From: an uncultured delta proteobacterium
Lineage (GTDB): Bacteria > Desulfobacterota > Zymogenia > Zymogenales > Zymogenaceae
DNA: 64,000 nt
Reading direction: 5' to 3'
Assembly: GCA_963792965.1 (NCBI GenBank)
Contig: CAWBYW010000007.1
Span: 480,001 to 544,000, forward strand
The first letter of the stretch is position 1, and each line of letters opens with the position of its first letter. The notes beneath the pieces were generated by a model that made no database searches, was not told where the DNA came from, and saw only the letters and a list, made by a program, of their open reading frames with translations. The translations under genes were made by a program, and so were the position numbers. Shown one piece after another: positions 21,062 to 32,202 of the stretch.

Positions 21062-21187
21062 GAACGACCGTGAGCCGCCCGACCGTCGCGAGTCGGCCGG
21101 GCCCCCGATGGATCGGATTTGGTTGTATCGCCCACGCACGGCGACATAAAATAGTAACTTCGAAGTCTATTGGTAAGGAAATAAGCC

Positions 21188-22024
21188 ATGAAATCGTTTT
21201 TTCAGGACGCACGGCCCGGTAAGAAGACCACCCTCAAAGGCGAGGTCTTCGAGATGCCGATCCTCTACTTTCGGGATGACGCCTTCGCGCTCTTCTACAC
21301 CGCCGACCCGGCGAAAATCAAGGCGCTCATGCCCTCCGATAAGCTTCACCCCGTGCTGATAACCCCCAAGAAGGCGCTCTTCGGCGTGGGCTGCTTCAAC
21401 TATATCGACACCTCCATTGGCCCCTACGGCGAGGTGGGGATCGTCGTCCCGGCCATATACGCGGACAAAAAGCCGCCCCTGCTCATCCCCGCGATCCGGG
21501 AGTCCTACGACCCCCGGTTCGGCACGCTGGTCTTGCACCTGCCCGTCACCAACACGAAGGCGCGTGACGGCGGGCGCGGGTTGTGGGGGTATACGAAGTT
21601 CGTCTCCGACATGAAGTTCACCATCACGCCCGAGTACCTCGAGTGCCGGCTGGCCGAGGAGAAGAAGCATATCCTGACGCTGCGCGTGGCGCGCAAGGGA
21701 TTCATCAAGAAAGACTTCCGGCCGCTCTGCACCTTCTCCGTCAAGAACAAGAAGCTCATCCAGACGACGATCCCCCAGGTCGGCACGGCCCGAAACTCCT
21801 TCATCCCGGTGGGCTCGTTCCTGGAGCTGGGCGACCACGAGGTCGCGCGTCCGCTCAAGGAGCTGGGCCTCTCCCCCAAACCCTTCATGTCCCGCTACTA
21901 TCTGGAGAGATCCGGCATCCTCCCCGAGGGGAAGGTAATCGAAGAGAACGTGCGTGAGCTGGAGGGGTACTACGGGAAGGATAGACAGGGAGAACATTCG
22001 GTGACCTATCTCGGCGGGAAATAG
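21188..22024 (+). CDS. Acetoacetate decarboxylase-like family protein
   Basis: FNYIDTSIGPYGEV, LHLPVT, GRGLWGYTK. Confidence 0.75.
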   Translation: MKSFFQDARPGKKTTLKGEVFEMPILYFRDDAFALFYTADPAKIKALMPSDKLHPVLITPKKALFGVGCFNYIDTSIGPYGEVGIVVPAIYADKKPPLLIPAIRESYDPRFGTLVLHLPVTNTKARDGGRGLWGYTKFVSDMKFTITPEYLECRLAEEKKHILTLRVARKGFIKKDFRPLCTFSVKNKKLIQTTIPQVGTARNSFIPVGSFLELGDHEVARPLKELGLSPKPFMSRYYLERSGILPEGKVIEENVRELEGYYGKDRQGEHSVTYLGGK

Positions 22025-22124
22025 AGACGGGTCGAGCTTAGGACAATAAACGCGGCCTGATTGACGATCGAGCGCGGGCGGCGCAGGCACGCCGAGTTCG
22101 CCCGAATTATTTCGTTGGTATTCC

Positions 22125-22583
22125 ATGAACAAGAACACCACATGTACCGCATATTGCGGGCTCTTCTGCGGGGACTGCATCCCGTCCAACCGGACGCTCC
22201 TGGATGCCGCGGGCACGCTCATGGACGAGCTTGACCGGTCGGGCTTTGAGGACTACGCGATCCTGAAGGAGAAAAAGGACAAGGTATTCGGAGACTACAA
22301 GCGTTTCCGGGGGTATCTCTCAGCAGTGGCTTCGCTCAGGTGCAGCGGGCCGTGCGCCCTGGGCGGCGGGAAGCCCGACTGCGCGATCCGCTCGTGCGCG
22401 CAGGAAAAGGGCTTCCGTGGCTGCTGGGAGTGCGCTTCCTTTGAGACGTGCCGGCACCTCGACCCCTTCGAGGCCTTTCACGGCCGGACGCCGAGAGACA
22501 ATCTCCGGTTGATCAAAGAGTATGGGATCGAGCGGTGGGCCGATCACCGAGGCCCGCACTACTTATGGAGCAAGCGACCGTAA
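22125..22583 (+). CDS. DUF3795-like Cys-rich protein
   Basis: AYCGLFCGDC..CSGPC..CAIRSCA..CWEC..C. Confidence 0.75.
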   Translation: MNKNTTCTAYCGLFCGDCIPSNRTLLDAAGTLMDELDRSGFEDYAILKEKKDKVFGDYKRFRGYLSAVASLRCSGPCALGGGKPDCAIRSCAQEKGFRGCWECASFETCRHLDPFEAFHGRTPRDNLRLIKEYGIERWADHRGPHYLWSKRP

Positions 22584-22699
22584 CCGACCGTGCCCCTCGG
22601 CGCGCCGTCCATGTCCGACGATTCGTCGCATTCATCACGGAAGAACGGAAAGCGTTCTCTTCGAGGGCGTCGCGGGGAAACCGACTTATTCCCGGGGTG

Positions 22700-24560
22700 C
22701 TATAATGCTCCCCGCTTCTTGAGGTGAATCAGCACGACAGAGACCGCCGCCGGCGTCACCCCCGGAATACGGGACGCCTGCCCCACCGAGCCCGGGCGCG
22801 CCTCCTCGAGCTTCTCCACGGCCTCCGTCGTAAGGCCGGCAAGTCCCCGATATTTGAAGTCATCGGGGATCCGTACTCCCTCAAGCTTCCTGAATCTCCT
22901 GATATCATCGTCCTGGCGCGTCAGGTATCCTTCGTACTTCACCCCAACCTCGATCTCCGAGAGCACTTCCCCGGGTATCGCCGCAAGCTCCGGCACGAGC
23001 ACGGCCAAACTCTTGATGGAAACTTCCTGCCTCCGCAAGAGCTCGCCGTACGTTATCTTGTTGATGATCGGGGATATCCCGAGTGATCCGAGCTGTTCGA
23101 TTTTCGCCCGCGTGGGAGAGATACATCCGTCGAGCAGCTCGTGCCCCTTCTCGTAAGAGTGTTTCTTTTCTGTGTAGAGGCGCCAGGCGTCATCGTCGAT
23201 GAGCCCGAGCTCACGTCCGGAGGGCGTCAGTCGGAAGACGGCGTTCCCTTCCCTGAGCGCCAGCCGGTACTCCGCGCGGGAGGTGAACATCCGGTAGGGC
23301 TCGTCGGTGCCCTTCGTGACAAGGTCGTCGATCAACACGCCGATATAGGCATCCGACCGCGAAAGCAGGAACGGATCCCGCTCTTGGACATGGAGCGCCG
23401 CGTTGATGCCCGCCATGATCCCCTGGGCCGCCGCCTCCTCATAACCGGAGGTCCCGTTGATCTGTCCCGCCAAGAAGAGCCCGGAGATCGATTTCGTCTC
23501 AAGCGATGATTTCAATTGGATCGGCGGCACATAGTCATACTTGATCGAGTAGGCAGGGCGCGTGATCCGGGCCTGTTCCAGCCCCGGTATCGCCGCGATG
23601 ATCCGTGCCTGCTCCTCGATGCCGAGCGTGGTAAAGAGGCCGTTGGGGTAGACCTCGGTGGTAAAAACACCCTCGGGCTCCAGGAATATCTGGTGGCGGA
23701 TTTTGTCAGGGAAGAAGAGGACCTTCTCCTCGATGGACGGACAGTAGCGCGGTCCCTTGCGGTTGAGCCAGCCCTCGGCCACCCGCTTGTCATCCAGTGA
23801 CTTCCGGATTACGTCGTGGGTGTGCTCGTTCGTATAGGTCACGTGGCAGGGTAGTTGCTCACGGTCGATCGCGGCGCTGCGAAATGAGAACGGGCGGATC
23901 GGCCACTGAAGCGGCTGGATCGTCGTTTTGGCATAGTCGATCGTCGTTCCGTCGAGCCGGGGGGTGGTGGCGGTCGAAAACCGCCCGACAACAAGACCCA
24001 GAGCGCCCAGCGAGTCCGAAAGAAACTCCGACGGTCCGTCGCCCAGCCTTCCTGAGGGAAACGACACCTGCCCGATCCGCACCATCCCCTTGAGGAAGGT
24101 CCCCGTGGCGATCACCACCGACGCAGCCCCGAATTCTTCCCCGAATTCGGTCTTCACCCCCACGACCGCGCCCCCCTCGGCCAGGATCTCCTTTACCATC
24201 GTCTGGCGGACGGCGAGACGCTCCGTGTTTTCGAGGACCGCCTTCATGTACGAGCGATAACCGGCTCGATCGGCCTGGGCGCGCGAGGCCTGCACGGCCG
24301 GACCCTTGGTGGTATTGAGCGTACGAAACTGGATCCCCGCGGTCGTCGGTCGCCAGGGCCATCTGGCCCCCGAGTGCATCGATCTCCTTGACGAGCTGGC
24401 CCTTGGCCAGGCCGCCGACGGCGGGGTTGCACGACATCTGGCCGATGGTGTCGATATTCCCGGTGAGCATGAGGGTATCGGCCCCCATGCGGGCCGCCGC
24501 CAGCGCCGCCTCGATGCCGGCGTGACCCGCCCCCACGACGATGACGTCATACCGATTCAT
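22700..24560 (-). CDS. mnmG: tRNA U34 modification enzyme MnmG/GidA (frameshift ~24345)
   Basis: [61 protein letters not shown]. Confidence 0.92.
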
Positions 24561-24883
24561 GATCTGGATGGGTTCAGCGTGATCCCCAGCATCTTAACCT
24601 GCGCGCGGCCTCTGTTGAAAACCCCGTGGGGCGTCCTGCCTGGGACGAGCGCCGCCTGCTCGGGGCCGAGGTCCATCGTCTCATCTCCGAGCACGATCGT
24701 CGCTGTACCATCTACAACGAAGAAGAGGTGATCATGATCATGGGTGTGGATCGGCTCCGGTCCCCCTCCACCGGGCTCGATGAAGGCGAGTGCACCGTCA
24801 AGGGGGAATCCCTCCGCCTGAGAAAAAACCGTTTTTGCGACGAACCCCTGATGATGAGGCGGGGTGAAATAATCGTTCGGCAT
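24557..24883 (-). CDS. Cupin domain protein
   Basis: [21 protein letters not shown] cupin motifs. Confidence 0.85.
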   Translation of the reverse strand: MPNDYFTPPHHQGFVAKTVFSQAEGFPLDGALAFIEPGGGGPEPIHTHDHDHLFFVVDGTATIVLGDETMDLGPEQAALVPGRTPHGVFNRGRAQVKMLGITLNPSRS

Positions 24884-24927
24884 CGCTGTCTCCCTTCTTC
24901 TCGTTATCCGCCGAGGACCCGATCCGG

Positions 24928-26118
24928 CTACGTCGGCCGCCGTCCTATCTCTTCATCCGTCAGATAGCAGGCCGGGTCTGACGCCCAGGTATCCCCCGTC
25001 ATCGCCTCCGCCCGCGCCCGGAAGTTCCCGCCGCAGACATCGAGCCACCGACAGGAGGCACAGCGGCCCGTAACGTACTTCTTCTTTTCCTTGAGCCGTG
25101 CCATGAGAGGATTTGTGGTGTCCGTCCATATCTCGGAGAAGGGCCGTTTTCTGACGTTGCCGAAAGAGCGGCTTCGCCAGAACTGGTCGGCGTAGACCTC
25201 GCCGTCGAAGCTGACACACGAGATCCCGACGCCGGAGGAATTCCCCTGGTTCATCCTGAGGAGCTTGAGCGCCTCCTCGGCGCGCGCCGGGTTTTCCTTG
25301 GCGAGCCTGAGGTAGACATACGGGCCGTCGGCATGGTTATCCACCGTCAGCACCTCGGGCGCCCTGCCCTTTTCGAAGAGCCGCTTCGTTCGATCCATGA
25401 TCAGATCGACGGCCGCGCGCGTCTCGTCGTGAGACGGCAGCATCCGCAACATGGCCGTGCCCCTTCCCGTGACGACAAGGTGATAGAAACAGACGCGGGG
25501 GATCCCCTCGGCCTCCATCAGGTCGAAGATCGGGCCGATCTCGCCGATGTTGAGCCTGTTTACGGTGAAACGAAGCCCCACCTTGATCCCCTGCTTCATG
25601 CACTGCCTGACGCCTGCGATCGCCTTTTTAAAGGCACCGTCGACCTTGCGGAAGGAATCGTGGGTCGCCTCCAGACCGTCGAGGCTCACCCCCACGTATG
25701 AGAGGCCGAGGTCCGCCAGAAGTGCCGCCCGGTCCTCGGTGATGAGTGTCCCGTTGGTGGAAATCACCGCGCGGAGCCCGCGTTTCGCGGCATAGGCGAT
25801 CAGCTCCTCTATGTCCGGCCGTATCAACGGCTCTCCTCCCGAAAAGAGGATCACCGGCGCGCCGAAAGAGGCCAGATCGTCCACGAGCGTCTTGACCTCG
25901 TCGGCGGTAAGCTCCCCGGCATAGGTCCGGTTTTCCGAGTCGCTGTAGCAGTGGATGCACTTGAGGTTACAGCGTCGGGTGGCATTGAAGACCACGACCG
26001 GTTTTTTGTCCCGCGAAAATTGCAGGAGGTGCGACGGAAGACGATTCGACTCTCCCCCATACCTGAGGACGTCTGATTCCTCCACCGATCCCATATAGAG
26101 CTTTGAGATACCGATCAT
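24928..26118 (-). CDS. ahbC: Radical SAM/SPASM 12,18-didecarboxysiroheme deacetylase (NirJ1-like)
   Basis: MIGISKLY..LRYG..HLLQFS.DKKPVVV N-terminus; CNLKCIHCY; CGGNFRARAE..DPACY; haem operon context. Confidence 0.88.
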   Translation of the reverse strand: MIGISKLYMGSVEESDVLRYGGESNRLPSHLLQFSRDKKPVVVFNATRRCNLKCIHCYSDSENRTYAGELTADEVKTLVDDLASFGAPVILFSGGEPLIRPDIEELIAYAAKRGLRAVISTNGTLITEDRAALLADLGLSYVGVSLDGLEATHDSFRKVDGAFKKAIAGVRQCMKQGIKVGLRFTVNRLNIGEIGPIFDLMEAEGIPRVCFYHLVVTGRGTAMLRMLPSHDETRAAVDLIMDRTKRLFEKGRAPEVLTVDNHADGPYVYLRLAKENPARAEEALKLLRMNQGNSSGVGISCVSFDGEVYADQFWRSRSFGNVRKRPFSEIWTDTTNPLMARLKEKKKYVTGRCASCRWLDVCGGNFRARAEAMTGDTWASDPACYLTDEEIGRRPT

Positions 26119-27669
26119 CGCTTTTCCAGGAAATAGGTAATCAGGGCCCTGACCAGCCCCCCCATCGTGTGCTCGGACGCCTCACAGGCTACCTCAAATC
26201 CGGCCTCCCGGGCCACTTTGCTCGTAATCGGGCCAATGGTCGCCGCCGGGGGGACGGCGATCCCGCCCATATCTGATCCTCCCACCCGACCGCTTGAGGT
26301 CAATGATCGTCCTGAGGTTCTGCGCGGTCGAGCCGCTCGTGAATGTTACCAGATCCGCGCCTGACAGGGCGTCTACGAACGCTTCGTCGGTTATCTCCGG
26401 AGCGGCCGAGCGGTAGGCCGCCACGTCAGTCACCTCCGCGCCCGCGCCGGTAAGCAGTTTCGGCAGCACATCCCGCGCCCCCTCGGCGCGAAAGAGGAGA
26501 ATGTTCTTGCCCTCGATCCCGGAATCGATTATCTTCTGCGCGAGCGCCTCCGCGATATACCGATCGGGCACGATATCCGGAACGATCCCGTGATCTTCAA
26601 GGGATTCGGATGTCCCGGGACCCATCGCCGCAACGAGCAGGCCGCCGAGTGCCCGACCGTCGCGCCTCTCGGCGGTAAGCTCCCCAAAGAAGGTCGCCAC
26701 CCCGTTGGGGCTGGTGAAGACGATCAGGTCATACGCCGGAAGACTCCGGATCGCCCTCGTGATAGGTCCTTGATCCTCGGGCGGGACGATCGTAATGGTC
26801 GGCAGCTCCACGGGACGCGCGCCGAGATCGCGGAGCATCCGCGAGAGCCCGCCCTTCTGGTGCTCCGATCGCGTGACGACGATCCTCCTGCCGAAGAGCG
26901 GAAGCGTCTCAAACCAGGCAAGTCTGTCCTTGAGGCTCACCACCTCTCCGACGACCATCACCGCCGGCGCGCCGATCTTGTTCCGCTCCACTTCTTTCGC
27001 TATTTCGCCGAGCGTCGCCGAGACGCCCCGTTGCGCCGGCGTGGTCCCCCACGAGATCACCACGCAGGGAGTCAGGGGGGGCTTGCCCCCCGAGATCAGA
27101 GCCTGTGCATTGTCCCCGATACGCCTGACCCCCATTAGGATCACGATCGTCCCATCAAAACGGGCCAGATACTCCCAGTCGATCGATTCCGTGTCCTTCG
27201 TCGGATCCTCGTGCCCCGTCACGAAAACAACCATCGACGAGACCCCCCGGTGGGTCACCGGGATGCCGGCGTACGCGGGGACGGCCGACGCCGAGCTTAC
27301 GCCGGGCACGACCTCGAACGGTATGCCCGCGCGCGCGAGCTCAAGCGCCTCCTCTCCACCGCGTCCAAAGATAAACGGATCGCCCCCTTTCAGGCGTACG
27401 ACCGTCTCCCCGTCCCGCGCCGTCTCGACGATGAGCCTGTTGATCTCGTCCTGGGACAGGGTATGCCGCCCCCCCTCTTTGCCCGCGTACATGCGCCGGG
27501 CACGGGGCCGGACATGCGAGAGGATTTCTTCATCAACGAGATGGTCGTAAACCACCGCGTCGGCCTCCGAGAGCACCCGGGCGGCCTTGAGCGTCAAAAG
27601 CCCCGGGTCCCCCGGCCCCGCCCCCACAAGGTAGACCTTACCGATTTTCTTTTGCTTCTCGTCGGTCAT
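26115..27669 (-). CDS. cobA-hemD: Fused uroporphyrinogen-III C-methyltransferase / synthase (frameshift ~26295)
   Basis: LVGAGPGDPGL, RLKGGDPFIFGRGGEE, then HemD RRIVVTR, FTSPNGV, TFTSGST; C-terminal IGPITS in the next frame. Confidence 0.9.
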
Positions 27670-28587
27670 CTACACATCCGAAAGGAGGGCGCGCGCCCCC
27701 CTGGTCAGGAAATCCTCCGCCAGCGCCCGCCCGACGGCATAAAAAGTGTCTACGTCCCCCGACCGTGTCCCCTCGATTGACCGCTTCCCGTCGGTGGAAA
27801 GGACGATGCCGGTGAGCCTGACACGTGTCCCCTCGATGCGCGCGTATGCACCCACCGCCGAGTGGCACGACGCCCCAAGGGTCGAGACAAACGCCCGCTC
27901 GCAGAAGACCGCACATCGGGCCTCCATATCGTCGAGTGCACGGATCATCTCCTCGTCCCCGATCCTGACCTCAAGCGCCAGCGCCCCCTGACCGGCCGCC
28001 GGCACGAACTCCTCCGGGGAGAGAATAAGAGTGGGCACGTCGTCGATCCCGAGCCGATTAATGCCCGCCGCCGCCACGATCACCGCCCCGCACGAACCAT
28101 CGGAGAGCTTCTTGAGCCGTGTGCCGACGTTGCCGCGAAGATTGGCCACCGCGAGGTCCGGCCTAACCCTGAGCAGCTGAGCCCGACGCCTCAGGCTCGA
28201 CGTCCCGACGACGGCGCCGCGCGGTATCTCGGCAAGTCCGGCTATCGGTTGGGCGGCGACGAGGGTATCACGCGCGTCCTGGCGCCTCGGCACCACCGGA
28301 ATCGTCAGTCCCTTCGCACAATCCTCAGGCATGTCCTTCATGCTGTGAACCGCAATATCGATCCTGCCCACCAGCAGCGCCTGCTCGATCTCCTGCACGA
28401 AAAGTCCCTTCCCCCCGACTTCCCAGAGGGCGGCCTTCGTTATCCGGTCGCCCGCGGTCTTGATCGAGACGATCTCGCATGCGGTGCCCGCATGGGCGGC
28501 CGCCAGCATACGGGCGACCTCCTGGGCCTGGACGAGTGCGAGTGGGCTACCCCTTGTCCCGATCCTGATCTTTCGTTTCTTCTCCAT
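27670..28587 (-). CDS. hemC: Hydroxymethylbilane synthase
   Basis: IGTRGSPLAL, GGKGLF, AVHSMKD, GTSSLRR, LRGNV, PAAGQGAL. Confidence 0.95.
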   Translation of the reverse strand: MEKKRKIRIGTRGSPLALVQAQEVARMLAAAHAGTACEIVSIKTAGDRITKAALWEVGGKGLFVQEIEQALLVGRIDIAVHSMKDMPEDCAKGLTIPVVPRRQDARDTLVAAQPIAGLAEIPRGAVVGTSSLRRRAQLLRVRPDLAVANLRGNVGTRLKKLSDGSCGAVIVAAAGINRLGIDDVPTLILSPEEFVPAAGQGALALEVRIGDEEMIRALDDMEARCAVFCERAFVSTLGASCHSAVGAYARIEGTRVRLTGIVLSTDGKRSIEGTRSGDVDTFYAVGRALAEDFLTRGARALLSDV

Positions 28588-29854
28588 CAATACCGAACAG
28601 CCCCCTGACCACCTCGCCGGTCGATCCCGTTTCTTCCTTGGCCTTCTTTTTCAGGTAGACCGTTGGATCATGAAGGATTTTATTGATTATTGAATCGACG
28701 AGATACGAAATCCGCTTGACCTCATCGGTGCTGACCCCGTTCCATGACGAGACCGTCTTCTTGATTTCTTCCTCTCCGATCCTCTTGAACTTTTGCCGTA
28801 TGAGCACGATCGTCGGCACGACGTCAAGCGAGGCAAACCATTTCATGAATTTTTCCGTTTCCTCTTCGATGATTCGCTCACAGAGAAGGGCGTCGGACTC
28901 GCGCTCGTATCTGTTTTTCTGTACCACCGCGTTGAGGTCGTCGATGTTGAAAAGGGAGACTCCCGCAATGTCTCCCGCCTCATCCTCGACATCGCGCGGG
29001 ACGGCGATATCGATGAGCGCCAGCGGCCTTCCGTTTCTGCGTCCCATGGCGCGCTCGATCATGGGCCCCGTGATGATCGGCCGCTCGGCCCCGGTCGAGC
29101 TTATGACGATCTCGGAATCCGTCAGGGCGTCCTCCAGCTCCTCCCAGGGGATGAGCCTTCCCACGAATTGACGGCAGAGCCTCTCGGCATGTTCCCGTGT
29201 GCGGTTTGCGATGACGATCTCCTTGGGCTGGCAGCAGGCGAGGTTCTTCAGCGTCTCCTCCCCCATCAGGCCTGCCCCGATCATGAGAACGCTCTTCCCG
29301 GATACGCCGCCGAGTGTCTCCTCGCAGAGCCACATAGCGGCTGAGCTGACCGATACCGGCCGGGATGCAATGCCGGTCTCGTTCTTGACGCGTTTTGCGG
29401 TAAAGAACGCCCGGTGAAGCAGCCGGTTGAGGACCGGGCCCGACGTTTCGGACGCGGTCGCCGCGCGATAGGAGTCCTTTACCTGCCCGAGGATCTGCGG
29501 CTCACCGACGACCATCGAATCCAGTGAGGAGCTGACCCGAAAAACGTGTTGTACCGCCTCCCTGTCCTCCCTGATGTAAAAATAGTTCTCCATCACCTTC
29601 GGGTCTTTGGCGTGAAACGAGCCGAGATATTGGATGGAACAGTTGACCGCCGCCTCCACGTCGGGGGAAAGGCCGAGAATCTCCACGCGGTTGCATGTGG
29701 ACAGGACCATGCACTCATCTATATCGGGAAAGGTCATCAGCCCCTTGAGAAACTTATCGATCGACTCCGGCCCAATGCCCATTCTTTCACGCACGTCTAC
29801 CGGCGCCGACTTATGGCTCATCCCGACCAAGAAGATTGTCATGTTCTTTTTCAT
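28547..29854 (-). CDS. hemA: Glutamyl-tRNA reductase
   Basis: LSTCNRVE, SLDSMVVGEPQILGQVK, IGAG, DIAVPRD. Confidence 0.95.
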   Translation of the reverse strand: MKKNMTIFLVGMSHKSAPVDVRERMGIGPESIDKFLKGLMTFPDIDECMVLSTCNRVEILGLSPDVEAAVNCSIQYLGSFHAKDPKVMENYFYIREDREAVQHVFRVSSSLDSMVVGEPQILGQVKDSYRAATASETSGPVLNRLLHRAFFTAKRVKNETGIASRPVSVSSAAMWLCEETLGGVSGKSVLMIGAGLMGEETLKNLACCQPKEIVIANRTREHAERLCRQFVGRLIPWEELEDALTDSEIVISSTGAERPIITGPMIERAMGRRNGRPLALIDIAVPRDVEDEAGDIAGVSLFNIDDLNAVVQKNRYERESDALLCERIIEEETEKFMKWFASLDVVPTIVLIRQKFKRIGEEEIKKTVSSWNGVSTDEVKRISYLVDSIINKILHDPTVYLKKKAKEETGSTGEVVRGLFGIDGEETKDQDRDKG

Positions 29855-29857
29855 CGT

Positions 29858-30535
29858 CTATTTACGGCCGATCGGGTCAACGGGGCCGAATCCCGACGGC
29901 AATCCTTCCTCAACAAGGATCTTATTCACGAGGGCCTGTATTTCGTACATCTTCCCTTCTCGTATCATCTTCGCCAGGGGCAGCTCCGCCGCCCGCTCCA
30001 TTACCTCCGAGAGGCGGTCGCCCACAACTCCCGAATCCCTCAAGAGGTTCCTGAGTCTGCCCATGATCGTCATGACGGATTCATATTCCGGGCCGTACCG
30101 GGCTTCCAGCTCCCGGCGGATCTTCTTAACCTCGGTGGGCGAAACCCCTCCCGAAGAGATTGCGATGACCAGTTCACCCCTCGTGACGACCGAGGGAAAG
30201 AAGAAGTCTGACAAACCGGGGTCATCCACCACGTTGACCAGGACCCCCCGTTCCCTGCACCGCCGGGCCACCGTTTCATTGAGGGTGCGGTCATCGAGCG
30301 CGGAGACGCAGATGAACTTGCCGTCAAGATGTTCGGGTACGAACTCTCCTCTTATATACGTCACGTTCCCGCCGCCAATGAGGAGGTTCAGCTCGTCGGT
30401 TACCTCGCACGACACCACCGTCACCCGAGAGCCCACACTCAGGAGCGACTCCACCTTCCGCGTCCCCACGCTCCCGCCCCCCACCACGAGGGCCTCTCTG
30501 TCGGTAAGCCTCATAAACATCGGGAAGAGAGCCAT
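29858..30535 (-). CDS. sirC: Precorrin-2 dehydrogenase / sirohydrochlorin ferrochelatase (SirC/CysG-N)
   Basis: LVVGGGSVG.RK, VNVVDDP, F.FPSVV.RG.L.IAISSGG.SP. Confidence 0.88.
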   Translation of the reverse strand: MALFPMFMRLTDREALVVGGGSVGTRKVESLLSVGSRVTVVSCEVTDELNLLIGGGNVTYIRGEFVPEHLDGKFICVSALDDRTLNETVARRCRERGVLVNVVDDPGLSDFFFPSVVTRGELVIAISSGGVSPTEVKKIRRELEARYGPEYESVMTIMGRLRNLLRDSGVVGDRLSEVMERAAELPLAKMIREGKMYEIQALVNKILVEEGLPSGFGPVDPIGRK

Positions 30536-30602
30536 CAATGCTCCACGTAAAAAGCCGCCTTGATTCGGCGGCGGGTATAAGGGCAAATTAAGTATCTTTG
30601 CT

Positions 30603-30992
30603 CTATTTTGCCTTCTTCCTCATGAGGAGCTGTTCCACCAGGATCACAATATCCACGGGCTTTGTGGTCTTCGGGATATGTACCTTAGACCCGAGGACAT
30701 CATGATGGTGCTCATGGGGAGGTTCGGAGATCATCGAGCTAACGGTGACAAAGAGGACATCCTTGGAGAAATCCATCTCCTGCGCCTTCTTCATGAAACG
30801 CGTGCCGCCCATCTTAGGCATGATCTTGTCCACGATGACGACGTCAGGCCGCACCTGCTTGAATACCTCGATTCCGCGTTCGCCGTCTTCGGCCGTCGAC
30901 ACTTCAAATCCTGCGTCCGCGAACTCATTGGTCATCACTTCCCTGAAGAAGTGGTTGTCATCGACGATCAGAATCCTTTTCTTATACTCCAT
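30603..30992 (-). CDS. Single-domain response regulator
   Basis: ILIVDD, PDVVIVDKIMPKMGG. Confidence 0.85.
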   Translation of the reverse strand: MEYKKRILIVDDNHFFREVMTNEFADAGFEVSTAEDGERGIEVFKQVRPDVVIVDKIMPKMGGTRFMKKAQEMDFSKDVLFVTVSSMISEPPHEHHHDVLGSKVHIPKTTKPVDIVILVEQLLMRKKAK

Positions 30993-31108
30993 GGTCCCCC
31001 CGGTATCCCATAGCCGATAGATTAGCGCCCTGGACCCGCGGTAGCTTTATTAGTATATCGTATAATCTGTTCTCGGTCAAGGCACCATTATTCCCGTCAA
31101 GAAATAGT

Positions 31109-32202
31109 TTATGAGAAACCCGCTGAGCGTTCATCCCGAAGGGCTCTATTTGATCCCACGCCGGCCGACACCCGACTCCGACGACGCCCGTCCGGAACAG
31201 CGGGGCGGAAGGAGAGCGCCCACCCACTTTGTCTCCGCTTCCTTACCTTCACCTCCAGCGCGTCGATGATCCCGGCGCACAGAAGCGGCACCATGATCTC
31301 GTGGTGCCCGACGAGGGTTATTCCTCTCCCTGATCCCGCCGTCGGCCGGGATACCACGTTCGTCTGAGGGCGGTAGTGCCGGATGAAGTCCATGTTGACC
31401 GTCATGAAGTTCTCTATCTGTGCGCCGAGGTTCCTGGCAAGGGATATCGCCTTGAGGAAGACCTCCGGCAGGATCACCGCGGATCCGATGTTGAGGTAAA
31501 CCCCACCCGAGAGAGTGGCCACTGCCGACGCGAAGGTGAAGAAATCGGCCAGCGATCCCTTTCCGATGGCCTCACCTGACGCCTCGGGATGCATGTGGAT
31601 GATATCCGTGCCCAGCGCTACGTGCACCGTTACGGGGATGTTCGAGCCGGTATCCCGCCGCCAGGATGCTGTGTTGGCGATGGGGAAGCTCGTCGTGCTG
31701 GATCATCGCCCCCACGGCCCGTCCGATCCCCTCATCGCGCTGGGCGCCTTCCCGTATGGCTTCGTTGACGAATTGCGCGGTTTCCTCGGCCATGCCGAAC
31801 TCTCCCCCGGACAGGACTGCGTCCACGTCCTCCGAGGTATACCCCGCATAGGCCATCTCGAAATCATGGACGATTCCCGCGCCGTTGAGGGCCACAAGAC
31901 TTGACCACCCCCCGCTCCATGAGATCAATGATCAGGGGGGACAGCCCCACCTTGATCACGTGGGCTCCCATAGCGATGATCACCGGCCTTTTCTTTTTCG
32001 CCGCCGCGGCCACCGCATCGATAACCTCCCGCAAATCCCGGCCCGCCAGAATGTTTGGGAGCCCCTCGAGGTATTCCCGCACCGTCATCCCCGGCTTTGG
32101 TGTCCGTGCAAGGTCCGCAACGGAGACCTTACTCTTGCGCGTTGCCAGAGAATAGGTCTTTATCTTCGAGATATCGAGGGGGATAAATCCGTCGCGCGTC
32201 AT
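31109..32202 (-). CDS. Conserved protein with deoxyhypusine-synthase-like features (GSU2086-type), two frameshifts (~31900, ~31630); 3' end uncertain
   Basis: MGAHVIKVGLSP; ALNGAGIVHDFE..TSEDV; HVALGTDIIHMHP..NIGSAVILPEVFLKA..HYRP..GHHE spread over three frames; overlaps gmhA stop. Confidence 0.65.

Noticed and set aside
24300-24400. Programmed ribosomal frameshifting in mnmG and the other split genes
   Set aside because: No shared slippery motif; the breaks are scattered across unrelated genes, which fits sequencing indels
24928-26118. Radical SAM/SPASM gene as maturase for the Tyr-repeat peptide
   Set aside because: It has the AhbC N-terminal signature, is coupled to cobA-hemD and lies more than 10 kb away
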